From the NCBI GenBank assembly GCA_020629435.1, contig JAHDDI010000001.1:1-39210 (forward strand): DNA of 39,210 nucleotides. The letters run 5' to 3'. A program made the translations under genes and the position numbers. Below the pieces are notes generated by a model. It worked only from the letters and a program-made list of their open reading frames with translations, had not been told where the DNA came from and made no database searches. Positions 9,304 through 18,037 of this stretch are shown here, piece by piece. The number at the start of each line of letters is the position of its first letter. The stretch's first letter is position 1. The DNA comes from Minisyncoccota bacterium. Its GTDB lineage: Bacteria; Patescibacteriota; Minisyncoccia; Phycocordibacterales; GCA-2747955.

Positions 9304-10356
9304 CTATTTTTGTGACTCAAGAAACTGACACACTGCTTCGTTGATGTAAATGTTTTCTACATATAAACGAACATTGTCTTCTGGTGCATCTGGATGCGCC
9401 TGTTTAATTTGTGCAATTTGCGCATCCATTTCTTCTTGGTTTGCAGATATTTTTTCTACTTTTGCGATTTCTTTTAATACCAATTCTGCCCGAGCACGTT
9501 CTGTTGCGTCTTTGGTCATTTCTGAGCGCATTTCTTCTTCGGTCTTTCCAGAGTGTTCTAACCATGCAGAATATTCTAATCCCATTCGAGAAATGTCATC
9601 TTTCATTGCTCCTAACATTTTGTCTTTTTCGGCTTCAATCAGAATTTCAGGTACCTCAAAATCTGACTGTTGTGCAATGTCTAAAATAATCGCTTCTCGA
9701 CGTTTTCCTTTTTCAGATTGTTCTTTTTGCTCTAATAATTGCGATTTCATTTTTTCCTTGAAATCTGCCACATCTTTAAAGTCACCGATTTTTTTAACAA
9801 ATTCATCGTTTAATTCTGGAATTTCGTGGTTATGTTCTGCTGCATCTGCTCCTTCTTCATGTTGGTGTGCTGTGTGTGCGTGCATGTTCATTAACTGTTC
9901 AATATTTTGATCCAGTTCTTCATCCGTAATCTCTACGACTGTTTCTTCTTTGTTATGTTTTGCCGCACTTTTTTTGTAGTCACCTAATTGTATTGTAGGT
10001 AACACTGCGCTTGTGATCAAAAATTCAAGGTCACTTCCATGTGCCAGTTTCGTAAGTGATATTTGTGGGTATCCAACTACTGATAATTTTTTGTCCATAA
10101 CAATCGCAGGGTACACGTCACCGAGTACTCTCTGAGCTGCTTCTTGCATAATTGCCATCTGTCCAATCTTTGCCTCTACTTGATCTTGTGGCGCTTTCCC
10201 TTTTCGGAAACCGTCCAATTCAACATCTGCTGCCATTTTTTCTAGTGTTGTTTGGTAATAAGATTGTAATTTATCCCATGAAACTGAACCTGTGATCGCA
10301 ATTTGTGAATTATCTCCATCTGCAATTTCTATGTTTGAATATAGTGTATCTGTCAT
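9304..10356 (-). CDS. tig: Trigger factor, short form (350 aa) apparently lacking the FKBP-type PPIase domain
   Basis: The N-domain has the ribosome-binding signature GFRKGKAP. The C-domain starts at ELNDEFVKKIGDF. The two are joined by a His/acidic linker of about 23 aa (MNMHAHTAHQHEEGADAAEHNHE). Confidence 0.85.
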   Translation of the reverse strand: MTDTLYSNIEIADGDNSQIAITGSVSWDKLQSYYQTTLEKMAADVELDGFRKGKAPQDQVEAKIGQMAIMQEAAQRVLGDVYPAIVMDKKLSVVGYPQISLTKLAHGSDLEFLITSAVLPTIQLGDYKKSAAKHNKEETVVEITDEELDQNIEQLMNMHAHTAHQHEEGADAAEHNHEIPELNDEFVKKIGDFKDVADFKEKMKSQLLEQKEQSEKGKRREAIILDIAQQSDFEVPEILIEAEKDKMLGAMKDDISRMGLEYSAWLEHSGKTEEEMRSEMTKDATERARAELVLKEIAKVEKISANQEEMDAQIAQIKQAHPDAPEDNVRLYVENIYINEAVCQFLESQK

Positions 10357-10442
10357 ATGTGTTTATTTATTTATAATACAAGTAAAAGAGAACCTGTTGT
10401 GGTTCTCTATTTTACTTGAATTGTGGTTTTTCTCAAATGGGC

Positions 10443-10772
10443 CTATTCAATTTCAAAGTCAATATCTTCTAAGTCATCGAATTCTAACAATTGTGCGTCT
10501 AGGTCATCTAGTAGTGTCAGGTCTAGTTCCAGACTGGCATCCAAGTCTGACTCGATGCTCTCTAAATCTGTCGATGATGATAATTCTACTTCGTCTTCCT
10601 GTTGTGTGTTTGCTTCAAAATATCCATCCGGTACTACTACTGTTGAACCAGCGTCATATTTTAAATCAGCCAACATATTTTTGTAAAAATATAACCCTGC
10701 TATTGCAACAACCCCAAGGATGATTACAACCGCCAGTGCGGGCCCAAACTGCGTTTTTTTTGTGTTATCCAT
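10443..10772 (-). CDS. Small membrane-anchored protein with a strongly acidic tail (109 aa)
   Basis: ORF track. TM segment FGPALAVVIILGVVAIAGLYF. The tail is rich in D, E and L. It starts 7 nt after the upstream gene. Confidence 0.6.
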   Translation of the reverse strand: MDNTKKTQFGPALAVVIILGVVAIAGLYFYKNMLADLKYDAGSTVVVPDGYFEANTQQEDEVELSSSTDLESIESDLDASLELDLTLLDDLDAQLLEFDDLEDIDFEIE

Positions 10773-10779
10773 AAATATA

Positions 10780-11550
10780 TTAATTAGTTACTTCCACGTC
10801 AGTCTCCGAATCAACAGTGGCCTCGGATCGTAATGATTTTAATTCACTGTGCGCTTGTCGTAATGCTGCGTACATGTCTTTAATTGATTGCATTGTTTCT
10901 TTAAAGAATACTTTTGCCTCGCTTAGCGCTGCACGTGCTTGTTCTGTAGTCTCTGCTGATACCGCAATAGCAATTTGTGCTTGTGCGTCAGCTAGGGACG
11001 ATTCCGCGCTCACTTGAGCATCAGCTGCAATAGCAATTTGTGCTGATACTGCACTAGTGTCCAAACCTTGTTGTGCAAAATTTTCGGTTGCGTCTTCTAG
11101 ACGAGACGTAATTTGTTCACCCCTCTCTATTCCTGCCTGCAGTCGTCGAACGATTAGTTCTGCTCGTTCAGCGATAAAATTTTGGGCCTGAGCTTTTCTT
11201 TTTTCTACCATTTCCTTTCGCTCTGCTTGTATTTGTTCTTTTTCTTCTGCTGCTTTGTCTCGTACCGCCTGTTTTTCTTCATCTGTTGTTGCGGCCTGAA
11301 ATTCTGCACGTAATTCTGTTTTTCGTGCATCAGTAGCTGCTTTAAACTCGGTTTTTGCTTCAGCGTTATTGATTCGGAACTGTTCTCTGGTTTCTTGAAT
11401 TTGTTCTTTGGTTTCTTGAGCCTGTGTTCGCACAGCATTACGTGCTTCTTTATCAAAAAGACGTGCGTTACCTTGCACTGAAACTCCTGTTGTTTGTGCA
11501 GATGCAGCAACAGCTGAGAATCCAATTAGTACTAGTAGTGTTTTTTTCAT
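10780..11550 (-). CDS. Secreted coiled-coil hypothetical protein (256 aa)
   Basis: Signal peptide MKKTLLVLIGFSAVAASA, followed by long A/E/K/Q-rich helical sequence. Confidence 0.7.
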   Translation of the reverse strand: MKKTLLVLIGFSAVAASAQTTGVSVQGNARLFDKEARNAVRTQAQETKEQIQETREQFRINNAEAKTEFKAATDARKTELRAEFQAATTDEEKQAVRDKAAEEKEQIQAERKEMVEKRKAQAQNFIAERAELIVRRLQAGIERGEQITSRLEDATENFAQQGLDTSAVSAQIAIAADAQVSAESSLADAQAQIAIAVSAETTEQARAALSEAKVFFKETMQSIKDMYAALRQAHSELKSLRSEATVDSETDVEVTN

Positions 11551-11661
11551 AATATGTTTTTACAATAAATAATAACGGGTGCATCCCATTACTATTTATA
11601 ATACTTGTGACAAAATTAAAAGCAAAATTGACGAATATTCTGACTGTCCACATAATATCGA

Positions 11662-11689
11662 TTGGTTAGTGAGAATATATTGGTATATT
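11662..11689 (+). promoter_or_regulatory. Candidate sigma-70 promoter for HNH-like copy 1
   Basis: TTGGTT-N16-TATATT, with TGG immediately upstream of the -10 (extended -10-like). Confidence 0.35.
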
Positions 11690-11742
11690 AAAGATAAGAG
11701 TTAATTGCAACACTAACAGTACCGACAGAAAGGTAGGTAGTT

Positions 11743-12129
11743 TTCGATAATATTGACCCGCAACTCATCAACCGTCATCATCCCCTACCAAAAAGTAAGG
11801 GTGGGTCTCGGACAATCCCAGTACCAGCATGGCGACACGCATGTCATCACACCATTGCCTCAAATTATCTCTGTGACTTAGCAATTCCTTGTTACAGTTT
11901 TGCACTAATGCATGGTCTCGGCTGGGGTGGACATATCCAAATCAAACGACCTGGTCAATTTTGTTTTCAAAGCCTGCCATTTGATGAAGGTATGCTCAGA
12001 AGCAGGCAGATCACGGTCAAGTTGGCAATCCAAGCGATGTTTGGGCCCAGTCCCCACCCAAGAAAAGTGTGTGCAGAACTAGAGAAAATCTGGTTGCCAC
12101 CTGAAGGAAAGCTTCGTTATATTACATGA
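11743..12129 (+). CDS. Small HNH-like protein, paralog 1; possible pseudogene or non-canonical start (the aligned start codon is TTC)
   Basis: The frame is open from 11737 to TGA 12127..12129. Hand translation: FDNIDPQLINRHHPLPKSKGGSRTIPVPAWRHACHHTIASNYL...KLAIQAMFGPSPHPRKVCAELEKIWLPPEG. The track ORF (11908..) misses the HH..P.S.GG core. The copy shares a 5' leader and SD-like AAAGGTAGG with copy 2. Confidence 0.5.
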   Translation, partial: FDNIDPQLINRHHPLPKSKGGSRTIPVPAWRHACHHTIASNYLCDLAIPCYSFALMHGLGWGGHIQIKRPGQFCFQSLPFDEGMLRSRQITVKLAIQAMFGPSPHPRKVCAELEKIWLPPEGKLRYIT

Positions 12130-12135
12130 CAAAAC

Positions 12136-12192
12136 CAGGCCGCGTAATCGATGCGCGGCCTGCAGAAAATCGAACCGTTTTACGGTTTTTTT
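12136..12192 (+). terminator. Two consecutive hairpins after HNH-like copy 1; the second has a T-run
   Basis: First hairpin: CAGGCCGCG-N9-CGCGGCCTG (12136..12162). Second: AACCG-TTTTA-CGGTT followed by TTTTT (12173..12192). Confidence 0.65.
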
Positions 12193-12203
12193 AATTCATT
12201 AAT

Positions 12204-12232
12204 TTGACAATATACACAATGTTATTAACAAT
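12204..12232 (+). promoter_or_regulatory. Candidate sigma-70 promoter for HNH-like copy 2
   Basis: Consensus TTGACA (12204..12209), a 17-nt spacer, then AACAAT. Confidence 0.4.
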
Positions 12233-12298
12233 AGTTAATACTGCCCCATAACAGGGATGTTATATTTAATTAAACGATAACAAGAAAGGTAGGCTATT

Positions 12299-12796
12299 TT
12301 GACAAAACAACGTTTAAGTTCTCGCGCCAACAAACACCTTCCACGGTCGAGTCCCCACAGGGCTAAACACCCTTCAAGGCAATCCCAGTTGCGACGTTTT
12401 GGGGTCACTGACAAGACGCATATGAATGTCCACCACAAGCGACCACTTTCTGGTGGAGGCGGCTGGTCAGACAACAACATATCGATTGTCTACAAGCGTG
12501 CTCACAAGTTCTGGAATGCCTTGTGTGCGGACAACCAAAACATCAGAAACGTCTCCCGCGTTATTATCTCGCTGATACGTTCGATGACGGGCAAGTGGTC
12601 TTGGCTACTTAAAGTCTGTTCAAGAATTGGTGGTAAAACCGGATGGATTGAGTCCGGCGAATCGTGTGTGCCAAATGACAGACAGGTTCGTGCCTTCACA
12701 AAACTGTTTGCGGGACTGGGCCCATTTGCCGTTGTTCGAGTCGTTAACGACATATGGATAGACTCCCGTTACAGCATTAGCTTGATCAAAGCCTAA
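12299..12796 (+). CDS. Small HNH-like nuclease-fold protein, paralog 2 (165 aa) with a basic N-terminal extension
   Basis: TTG start 5 nt after AAAGGTAGG. Core: NVHHKRPLSGGGGWSDNNISIVYKRAHKFWNAL (H-N-H/N pattern). The C-terminal RQVRAFTKLFAGLGPFAVVRVVNDIWIDSRY aligns with copy 1. Confidence 0.7.
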   Translation: MTKQRLSSRANKHLPRSSPHRAKHPSRQSQLRRFGVTDKTHMNVHHKRPLSGGGGWSDNNISIVYKRAHKFWNALCADNQNIRNVSRVIISLIRSMTGKWSWLLKVCSRIGGKTGWIESGESCVPNDRQVRAFTKLFAGLGPFAVVRVVNDIWIDSRYSISLIKA

Positions 12797-12802
12797 AAAT
12801 GC

Positions 12803-12831
12803 AAAGGTCCCACGTGCGCGTGGGACCTTTT
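12803..12831. terminator. Bidirectional intrinsic terminator shared by HNH-like copy 2 and glyQS
   Basis: AAAGGTCCCACG-TGCG-CGTGGGACCTTTT. Confidence 0.8.
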
Positions 12832-12834
12832 GAA

Positions 12835-14235
12835 TTATGTATATGACTGTTTAATTTGTTCTGTAAAATAATTATCTAATTCTGAAATTGGCATTCGTAC
12901 CTGCTCCATGGAATCTCGTTCTCGGACAGTTACTGTTGCGTCTTCTTTGCTTTCATAATCAACAGTGACGCACCATTTTGTTCCTACTTCGTCTGCGCGT
13001 CTGTATCGTTTTCCCACTGACCCAGATTCGTCATAGGTGCATCGAAATTGCGAATTCAATTCACGATATATATCTAATGCCATTTCCGACAGTCCGTCTT
13101 TTTTCATCAACGGCAGTATTGCTATTTGTACCGGAGAGAGAAAGGGTTTTAATCGCAACACTACACGAACGTCGCTTTTTTCTTCGGTTCCGACTTCTTC
13201 TTCGTCGTACGCTTCGGATAATACCGCCAGGAATAACCGACCCATCCCCATTGATGTCTCGATAATATAGGGAATAAATTTTTCTCCATTGTCATTAAAT
13301 GATAAATCTACCCCACTATGTTTAGTATGTTGAGACAAATCATAGTCCGTTCGGTCATGGACCCCCTCTACTTCGTCATATCCGTATGATGGATAATTGT
13401 ATTCAATATCCCATGCATCTGATGCATAAAACACCAGATTGTCATGTTGTGACCATTGCAGGTTGTCTTTGTTGACTCCTAAATCCAGATACCAATCAAA
13501 TCGTTCCTGGCGGATTTTATCAAAATGGTCCTTGTTGGTTCCAGGTTTAACAAAGTATTGTGTATCTGCCTGTTCAAATTCCCTGGTTCGAAACAAAAAT
13601 TGTCGTGGTGAAATTTCGTTACGAAATGCCTTTCCGATTTGTGCGATTCCGAATGGAATTTTTGGATGCAGAGAATCGACTACGTTTTTGTAGTTCAGAT
13701 ATATCCCCTGGCACGCTTCTCCTGGTAGGTACACCGGGTCAGAACCTTCTGCAGTGAAATCACCTAAATTAGATTTCACTAACAAATTAAACGACCGTGC
13801 TTCAGAAAAATCAGTTGACCCACATTTGTAACATTTTATTTCGTCTCGTTTAGAGTCAAACAAAGTGTTAATTTCTTTGTCAGTCATTTTCTCGTCTGCT
13901 TCGATTCCAACTTTTTCTAATTCTTTGTCTACACGAATCCTGTTTTGACAGACACGGCAGTCGGCCAGGGGGTCAGAAAATCCACTGGTGTGTCCTGACG
14001 CATCCCACACCGCAGGATTTTTAAACATAGCCGAATCTATTTCAAAAAAATCTCTTTTTTCTTGTACTGTTTTTTTTCTGAAATAGTCTTTTAAATTATT
14101 GAGTAGTACTGCTCCATGAGGTCCAAAGTCATATACACCTGCCAACCCATCGTATATTTCTGAACCTTGGTACACAAAACCTTTGCGTTTTGTGTACGCA
14201 ATAATCGTATCCATTGATTTTTCTGAATGATTCAT
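12835..14235 (-). CDS. glyQS: Glycine--tRNA ligase, homodimeric class II type (466 aa)
   Basis: N-terminus IIAYTKRKGFVYQGSEIYDGLAGVYDFGPHG. It has class II motifs, and the length matches GlyQS. Confidence 0.92.
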   Translation of the reverse strand: MNHSEKSMDTIIAYTKRKGFVYQGSEIYDGLAGVYDFGPHGAVLLNNLKDYFRKKTVQEKRDFFEIDSAMFKNPAVWDASGHTSGFSDPLADCRVCQNRIRVDKELEKVGIEADEKMTDKEINTLFDSKRDEIKCYKCGSTDFSEARSFNLLVKSNLGDFTAEGSDPVYLPGEACQGIYLNYKNVVDSLHPKIPFGIAQIGKAFRNEISPRQFLFRTREFEQADTQYFVKPGTNKDHFDKIRQERFDWYLDLGVNKDNLQWSQHDNLVFYASDAWDIEYNYPSYGYDEVEGVHDRTDYDLSQHTKHSGVDLSFNDNGEKFIPYIIETSMGMGRLFLAVLSEAYDEEEVGTEEKSDVRVVLRLKPFLSPVQIAILPLMKKDGLSEMALDIYRELNSQFRCTYDESGSVGKRYRRADEVGTKWCVTVDYESKEDATVTVRERDSMEQVRMPISELDNYFTEQIKQSYT

Positions 14236-14241
14236 GACAGT

Positions 14242-14247
14242 ATTATA
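14242..14247 (-). promoter_or_regulatory. -10 hexamer TATAAT 6 nt upstream of the glyQS ATG
   Basis: Minus-strand read: TATAAT-actgtc-ATG (14235), with no SD. Confidence 0.5.
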
Positions 14248-14273
14248 TCAGAATTGTTATCTGCTGCGATTGG

Positions 14274-16244
14274 TTATTCCTGTACTCGCGCATTAGCGGA
14301 GACAAAATTTGGGTCTTCCCCTAGGCGAGTGGTATGTTCTGAGTCATCCGTAGTGATAGTGATCCCGGTAAACGCATCTGTTGCTTGCAGTGACACATCT
14401 TCGATTAACACCGGTGACTGGTTTACTTGATTCAAAGATGGTTCAAAGCCAATAGTAAAGAAGGCTTCTTTGGTAGGACTAGAGAACCCAACTCCTGGTT
14501 CGATATCACCTGCATTCCACGTTACTGTTCTGGTGCGACTGTCGTACTGGATATTTTCTTCACTAGGAGCAATTTGATTCGCAAAAGAAACATAGGGAGG
14601 TAACTTGGCAGAAAGGGTGGTGTTTTGTATTCCACTTGTTGTGTTTTTTATTTGCCACCGCACCGTATATGTTGTGACTTCTCCGACAGTCGGCGTTGTG
14701 GGACCCACGTTCTGCAGTGGACCTACAGAATACAGCACTGACTGATCCACAAAAGCGTCAGTAGCAAGTGTAATTCTGGTTCGCTTTTGTACTTGAATTT
14801 TCTTTTCTTCACCTCCTTGTTCAAAATTTGTTGCGCGGGCAACCAAATCAATCACTAATTCTGGATTAGTCACCATGCCTGCAAATTCTTCAAAATCTAG
14901 TAGTTGTGTATCAAATTGCAACACTCCTTTTTCTCCCGACTCTATGCCTGCCAGTTGTCCGATCTCTGATGAACTCCAGTTTACGGTATTGTTGTTTGAC
15001 CTATAGTATCCACGTGTACTGGAAACGTCACGCGTGTCATACACCAGACCAACAAGATTTGCAGTAAATTCTACATCAATTAGTTTACTCAGTAATGTGT
15101 TTACATAATTTATATCAAAATTTAAATCCTGACCGGTTCGTGCAACATGTACTGAGCCTGGGTTGTTGTTTACCATAACTGCAATATCAATTGGTGGTTT
15201 AGCAAGTGCCAATACGGATTGGGTTGATACAAATTCTACGCCAATTGTTCCTGGCCGATTTGCATCTTCTGACCCTAAACGATAGCGAAATGTTCGTTGT
15301 TCATTGTCTTGCCCAACAATAGTTCCCGACAATATTATTGATTGTTTTTCTCCTGGATCCAGTGCATCCAACAGGTAGGTTTCTGAATCTATTCCTGGCG
15401 CCGATGAGCTGGCAAAATCAAATCCAAACGGATAATCAATGGACAGCAATAAGTTCGATATGGTTTCTGCGGCATTAGATTGTACGTCAACAACAATCGT
15501 CATCTCGTCTCCTGTTTGGTAATTTCCTTCGTGCTGTGCACTGATTGTTACAGGAGCTGATTCAACCACAATCTGATACAGTCTTTCTTTAAAAAAAATT
15601 CTATCAGAGTCTGGGACTCGATACTGAAACACAATATTAATATCCTTGGTTTCTCCTTCTTTCCCTAACAAAATTGCAGAAAATTTAACCGTGTCTGATA
15701 GACCAGAACGAATCTCGTCTATACTTTTTATATCTTTATCCAGGGGTAAATTTTGACCATCTGCTGTGATAGTTCCTTTGGGGTAATTAATAACTACGTC
15801 AGTCAGGATCATAGATACTGGATTGTTGTTTGCCACAGTGATATCAAAATCTACCTCTTCGCCTCCGGCAACGGAATTTGGACCGAGCACTGACAAATCA
15901 ACCGCATCGTATGACACCTCGTTTTGTCCATAAAAAAATACTAAAAACGCACCCATAACAGAAAAAGCAAAAAATAATCCAGACAGTATAAATAGTTTTG
16001 CAAACAAAGTTATTGGTTTCTTTTTAACTTGTTTTTTCTCGACTAAATCAATTTCTTTTTCTGTTTCTTTTACTGGATCCCAGGACTGAGCCACGTTAGT
16101 GGCGTTTTTACTAAAACCCTTTCTTTTGTAAGGTTTTACTGTGGTATTTTTTGCATACAATTTCTGTTGTATGTCATGTACCCCACCCAGCTGAGGTGGT
16201 TGTTTTTTTTCTTTATCAGTTCCGTATGTGCTTTTGTAAACCAT
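14274..16244 (-). CDS. Large membrane-anchored hypothetical protein with repeated beta-sandwich-like modules (656 aa)
   Basis: ORF track. It has a basic N-terminus, a TM segment (LFAKLFILSGLFFAFSVMGAFLVFF), and a long extracytoplasmic region. Confidence 0.8.
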   Translation of the reverse strand: MVYKSTYGTDKEKKQPPQLGGVHDIQQKLYAKNTTVKPYKRKGFSKNATNVAQSWDPVKETEKEIDLVEKKQVKKKPITLFAKLFILSGLFFAFSVMGAFLVFFYGQNEVSYDAVDLSVLGPNSVAGGEEVDFDITVANNNPVSMILTDVVINYPKGTITADGQNLPLDKDIKSIDEIRSGLSDTVKFSAILLGKEGETKDINIVFQYRVPDSDRIFFKERLYQIVVESAPVTISAQHEGNYQTGDEMTIVVDVQSNAAETISNLLLSIDYPFGFDFASSSAPGIDSETYLLDALDPGEKQSIILSGTIVGQDNEQRTFRYRLGSEDANRPGTIGVEFVSTQSVLALAKPPIDIAVMVNNNPGSVHVARTGQDLNFDINYVNTLLSKLIDVEFTANLVGLVYDTRDVSSTRGYYRSNNNTVNWSSSEIGQLAGIESGEKGVLQFDTQLLDFEEFAGMVTNPELVIDLVARATNFEQGGEEKKIQVQKRTRITLATDAFVDQSVLYSVGPLQNVGPTTPTVGEVTTYTVRWQIKNTTSGIQNTTLSAKLPPYVSFANQIAPSEENIQYDSRTRTVTWNAGDIEPGVGFSSPTKEAFFTIGFEPSLNQVNQSPVLIEDVSLQATDAFTGITITTDDSEHTTRLGEDPNFVSANARVQE

Positions 16245-16291
16245 GTTACATCAGTATAGCAAGAATTATTTCAAGGTACACAAAATAACGG

Positions 16292-16297
16292 TATACT
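16292..16297 (+). promoter_or_regulatory. -10 hexamer TATACT 6 nt upstream of the mutM ATG
   Basis: TATACT-gggaac-ATG (16304). Confidence 0.5.
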
Positions 16298-16303
16298 GGG
16301 AAC

Positions 16304-17260
16304 ATGCCTGAATTACCCGAAGTACAAAATACAGTCGACGGAATCAATTCGTCTGTTATGGGTGAAACCATTACAGACGCATGGTCGGACTACGATAGTC
16401 CTTTTTATTATGGTAAAAATCAGATTAAAGACCCTGTTTATTTTAATTATTTTAAGCAACAGATAATCGGAACAAAAATACTTCGTGCAGAACGCCGGGC
16501 AAAACATATTCTGATTTACTTGGACTCAGGTGCTACTATTGCAGTGCACATGAAAATGACCGGACACTTTTTATATGGTCACTGGGATTGGGACAACGTA
16601 GATAACAAATGGCAACCAGAATCTGGATTTTGGGATACATCTTGGGACATGACTAAAGACGAAGTAAAAAAGACTATGCCTTTTTCTGATCCTTTTAATA
16701 ATTTTATTCATGTTTTATTTCATTTGGGGAACGGCATGCATTTAGCATTTTCTGATATGCGTAAATTTGCTAGCATGACACTATTAGAAAACGAATCTGA
16801 GATTCAGGATTTGTTACATCAATATGGTCCCGAACCGCTTGCTCATGGCATGACGGCACACAAACTATTTCATAAATTAAAAACACGACCCAACAAAAAA
16901 ATTAAAACAGCGCTACTGGACCAGTCATTGGTTGCCGGGTATGGAAATATCTATACCGACGAGGCGTTGTTTGCATCATGTATTCATCCAGAATCTCGGG
17001 TAAGAGCCATCCCTGATGATGCATGGGAAAAATTATTTATAGAAAGCAAGAAAATTTTGCGTAGCGCGATTAAACATGGCGGTGATTCTATGGGCGACTA
17101 CCGACGCATTGATGGAACTGGTGGAACATTTCACAACATGCACACCATGTATCAAAAAGAAAAAACGCCCTGTATACGTTGTGAAGAAATTATTATTAAA
17201 AAACAAATCGACGCACGTGTGGGTCGATTGTGTCCTAACTGTCAGGTGCTGTATATATAA
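16304..17260 (+). CDS. mutM: Formamidopyrimidine-DNA glycosylase (318 aa) with an internal insertion
   Basis: N-terminal MPELPEV catalytic signature. C-terminal zinc finger CIRCEEIIIKKQIDARVGRLCPNC. Confidence 0.9.
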   Translation: MPELPEVQNTVDGINSSVMGETITDAWSDYDSPFYYGKNQIKDPVYFNYFKQQIIGTKILRAERRAKHILIYLDSGATIAVHMKMTGHFLYGHWDWDNVDNKWQPESGFWDTSWDMTKDEVKKTMPFSDPFNNFIHVLFHLGNGMHLAFSDMRKFASMTLLENESEIQDLLHQYGPEPLAHGMTAHKLFHKLKTRPNKKIKTALLDQSLVAGYGNIYTDEALFASCIHPESRVRAIPDDAWEKLFIESKKILRSAIKHGGDSMGDYRRIDGTGGTFHNMHTMYQKEKTPCIRCEEIIIKKQIDARVGRLCPNCQVLYI

Positions 17261-17261
17261 T

Positions 17262-17519
17262 TTATTCTGAACCAGATTCACTGTCTCCTTCTATCTCTTC
17301 TTCGGGGATAGATCCGAATACTTCGTTTTCTCCGTATTGTTCGGGAACACCAGTGACCTCTACAAAAAGACCGTTCTCGCCTGCGGCACGACGAGACTCG
17401 CCTCGTTCAACACCACCAGTTGAACGCCATAATGCGTAGACAATAATAAATATTGCCAAAATAGTAAACTTTGGAAAGTTTTTAAACATGTCACCTATAA
17501 ATGCTCCAAGCTCGTTCAT
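17262..17519 (-). CDS. Small membrane protein with an acidic tail (85 aa)
   Basis: ORF track. TM segment FTILAIFIIVYALW. The call rests on the ORF and topology only. Confidence 0.5.
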   Translation of the reverse strand: MNELGAFIGDMFKNFPKFTILAIFIIVYALWRSTGGVERGESRRAAGENGLFVEVTGVPEQYGENEVFGSIPEEEIEGDSESGSE

Positions 17520-17554
17520 GTTTCTATGATATCAAATAAAACGATTAACAGTAA

Positions 17555-18037
17555 CTATTTATTGAGAATTCGAAACAAAGCAATTCCACAGCTGGTGGAT
17601 ACATTTAAGGATTCTTTTTCACCGGCCATAGGAATATGACAGACCATATCAGCCGCATTCAGCCACTGGTCTGAGACTCCTGTGTTTTCGTTACCAACAA
17701 TTAACGCAAACGGAACCAGTCCATCGGGGACTGGAATCGATTTATAGTCAACTGAACTGTCTGTAATTTCTAGGCAAACCATATCTGTACCTGATTCCTG
17801 TAAATATGTAATTGCATCAACTGTTTCAGGGAATTGTTTCCATGGCACCATGGTTTGTGCACCCACGGCTGATTTAGCCAAGTCAGATCGCTCACGGCCA
17901 AATCGGTCAACAGGTGCTGGAGTAATACCAACCAACACAATTTCGTCTACACCCGCTGCTTCTGCTGTACGAAACATAGCCCCTACGTTGTGCACGGATC
18001 TGATATTGTCTAAAACCAAAATAATTTTATTCTCCAT
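17555..18037 (-). CDS. TrmH/SpoU-family RNA 2'-O-methyltransferase (160 aa)
   Basis: LVLDNIRSVHNVGAMFRTAEAAG and LIVGNENTGVS motifs, plus a C-terminal SLNVSTSCGIALF knot motif. Confidence 0.85.
   Translation of the reverse strand: MENKIILVLDNIRSVHNVGAMFRTAEAAGVDEIVLVGITPAPVDRFGRERSDLAKSAVGAQTMVPWKQFPETVDAITYLQESGTDMVCLEITDSSVDYKSIPVPDGLVPFALIVGNENTGVSDQWLNAADMVCHIPMAGEKESLNVSTSCGIALFRILNK

Noticed and set aside
11600-11660. ATTCGTC-containing sequence upstream of the 256-aa coiled-coil gene as a fifth ECF promoter
   Set aside because: The -10-like ATTCGTCAAT is present, but the -35 position reads TGTGGA rather than TGTAAGA. The match is too weak to claim.
12235-12753. Minus-strand ORFs 12235..12480 and 12502..12753
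   Set aside because: They are antisense to HNH-like copy 2, have no motifs, and arise from the high local GC content.
11650-12830. GC-rich island as a structured RNA gene (RNase P RNA, tmRNA, group I intron, HEARO-like RNA)
   Set aside because: I found no RNase P P4 (GGAAAGUCC-type) or tRNA-like tmRNA end motifs. The GC-rich parts are better explained by two paralogous open reading frames with alignable protein motifs.
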